Origin: Longivirga aurantiaca | GTDB taxonomy: Bacteria > Actinomycetota > Actinomycetes > S36-B12 > CAIYMF01 | Assembly: GCF_042660085.1 (NCBI RefSeq) | Contig: NZ_JBHSTI010000021.1 | Location: 1 to 7,147 of the forward strand | DNA: 7,147 bases | Reading direction: 5' to 3' | Shown here: positions 6,155-7,147 of the stretch, piece by piece | Position numbering within the stretch: position 1 is the first letter of the stretch | How the letters are laid out: the number at the start of each line of letters is the position of its first letter | Notes under the pieces: generated by a model | What the model was told of the DNA's origin: nothing | Seen by the model: the letters and a program-made list of their open reading frames with translations, nothing else | The model's database searches: none | Translations under genes and position numbers: made by a program

Positions 6155-7147
6155 ATGACGTTCGTGCTGCACGTGGACGGGGCTCGGTGGCGGGCGCACA
6201 CGGGCCGGACGGTCGAGTCGGTGCGGGCGGCGATCGGCTCGCAACCGGCCGGGGACGGCGGCGGCGTGCACGAGCCGGCCCGGCACCTCGCGCCGGGCGA
6301 CCTCGTGCCGGTGGCCAAGGGCAACGGGTACGGCGTCGGCAACGCGCGGCTCCTCGCGGAGGCGGCGCGCCTCGGCCTCACCCGCGTCGCGGTCGGCACG
6401 GTGTTCGAGGCGCACGCGGCCCTCGAGGAGCACGACGGCGACATCCTCGTGCTGGCGCCGTTCGAGCCGGCCGACCCGTACGCCGCCGCGCAGTGGGTCG
6501 AGCTCGCGCACGGACCGCACGCCGACCGCCTCGTCCGCACGGTCGCCTCGCGCGAGGCCTGGCAGTCGCTCGTCGACGGGCCCGGGCCGGCACGGGTCGT
6601 GCTCGAGGGCCTCACCTCGATGGGCCGGTTCGGCATCACGGCCGACGGCCTCTCGGACCTCCTCGCCGAGCAGTCCACCGTCACCGCGCTCACCGGTCGC
6701 CGCATCCGGCTCGAGGGCCTCGCGCTGCACCTCCCGCTCACCCAGCCGAGCCCCGACCACCGCGCCGTGCCCGGCGCCCGGTGGAAGGACGCCGGCGTCG
6801 CCCCCGAGCCGCCGCACGGCTCGAGCGCACGCGTGCGCGAGGCGCTCGCGTGGGGGCTCGGCTGGCAGAGCGCCCTCGCCGACCTCTCCGAGCGCGTCAC
6901 GGCCACCGGCGATTCCGAGGCCGTCACCGAGCTCACCGAGGCGGCCTCGCTCTGGGTCAGCCACCTCGACGACGTCGAGCTCGTCAGCCTGCGCGGCGCG
7001 CTCCCCGACATCGCGATCTTCCCGCGCATCGGCACGCGCCTCTGGCTCGGCGACCGCGGCGCGCTGGTCGCCCGCGGCACGGTGCTAGCCGTGCACGGAG
7101 TCCGCAAGGGGCAGACCAGCGGCTACCGCCAGCGCCGGGCCTCGCGC
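6155..7147 (+). CDS. Alanine-racemase-like PLP enzyme (3' end beyond the window)
   Basis: Continuous ORF from the ATG at 6155 to the window end (331 codons): MTFVLHVDGARWRAHTGRTVESVRAAIG...LVPVAKGNGYGVGNARLLAEAARLGLTRVAVGTVFEAHAALEEHDGDILVLAPFEP...VLEGLTSMGRFGI...FPRIGTRLWLGDRGALVARGTVLAVHGVRKGQTSGYRQRR. The AKGNGYG segment matches the PLP-lysine motif region of the Alr fold type III. Absent from the track because no stop codon occurs in the window. Confidence 0.85.
   Translation, partial: MTFVLHVDGARWRAHTGRTVESVRAAIGSQPAGDGGGVHEPARHLAPGDLVPVAKGNGYGVGNARLLAEAARLGLTRVAVGTVFEAHAALEEHDGDILVLAPFEPADPYAAAQWVELAHGPHADRLVRTVASREAWQSLVDGPGPARVVLEGLTSMGRFGITADGLSDLLAEQSTVTALTGRRIRLEGLALHLPLTQPSPDHRAVPGARWKDAGVAPEPPHGSSARVREALAWGLGWQSALADLSERVTATGDSEAVTELTEAASLWVSHLDDVELVSLRGALPDIAIFPRIGTRLWLGDRGALVARGTVLAVHGVRKGQTSGYRQRRASR

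Noticed and set aside
5095-7107. 670-aa minus-strand ORF
   Set aside because: Only the last 236 residues (from the ATG at 5805) form the lipoprotein with a signal peptide. The upstream extension is antisense to the alanine-racemase-like gene and crosses the 103-bp palindromic element.

Overview
High-GC actinobacterial chromosomal segment, probably from the Cellulomonadaceae or a relative (inferred from protein character and gene order). The left part is a minus-strand ribosomal/SSB cluster: rpsF (S6), ssb, rpsR (S18) and rplI (L9, cut by the window edge). To the right are a 59-aa small ORF (-), a decayed PatB/MalY-type aminotransferase gene (+), an exodeoxyribonuclease III family gene (+), a FemAB/FemX-like peptidoglycan bridge aminoacyltransferase (+), a lipoprotein (-), and an alanine-racemase-like gene (+, cut by the right edge). 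Four non-coding observations stand out. (1) A perfect 36-bp inverted repeat at 1949-1984 and 2878-2913, much AT-richer than its surroundings, brackets a 965-bp segment holding the small ORF and the aminotransferase remnant; each copy contains a hyphenated palindrome. (2) A 103-bp ERIC/MITE-like imperfect palindrome with nested hairpins at 6021-6123. (3) A 41-bp nested palindrome at 3774-3814. (4) A possible Shine-Dalgarno-sequestering leader upstream of rpsF. No tRNA, rRNA, CRISPR array, transposase or recognisable defence system was seen. The inverted-repeat-bounded segment and the 103-bp element are the best candidates for something undescribed, but no novel system is demonstrated.
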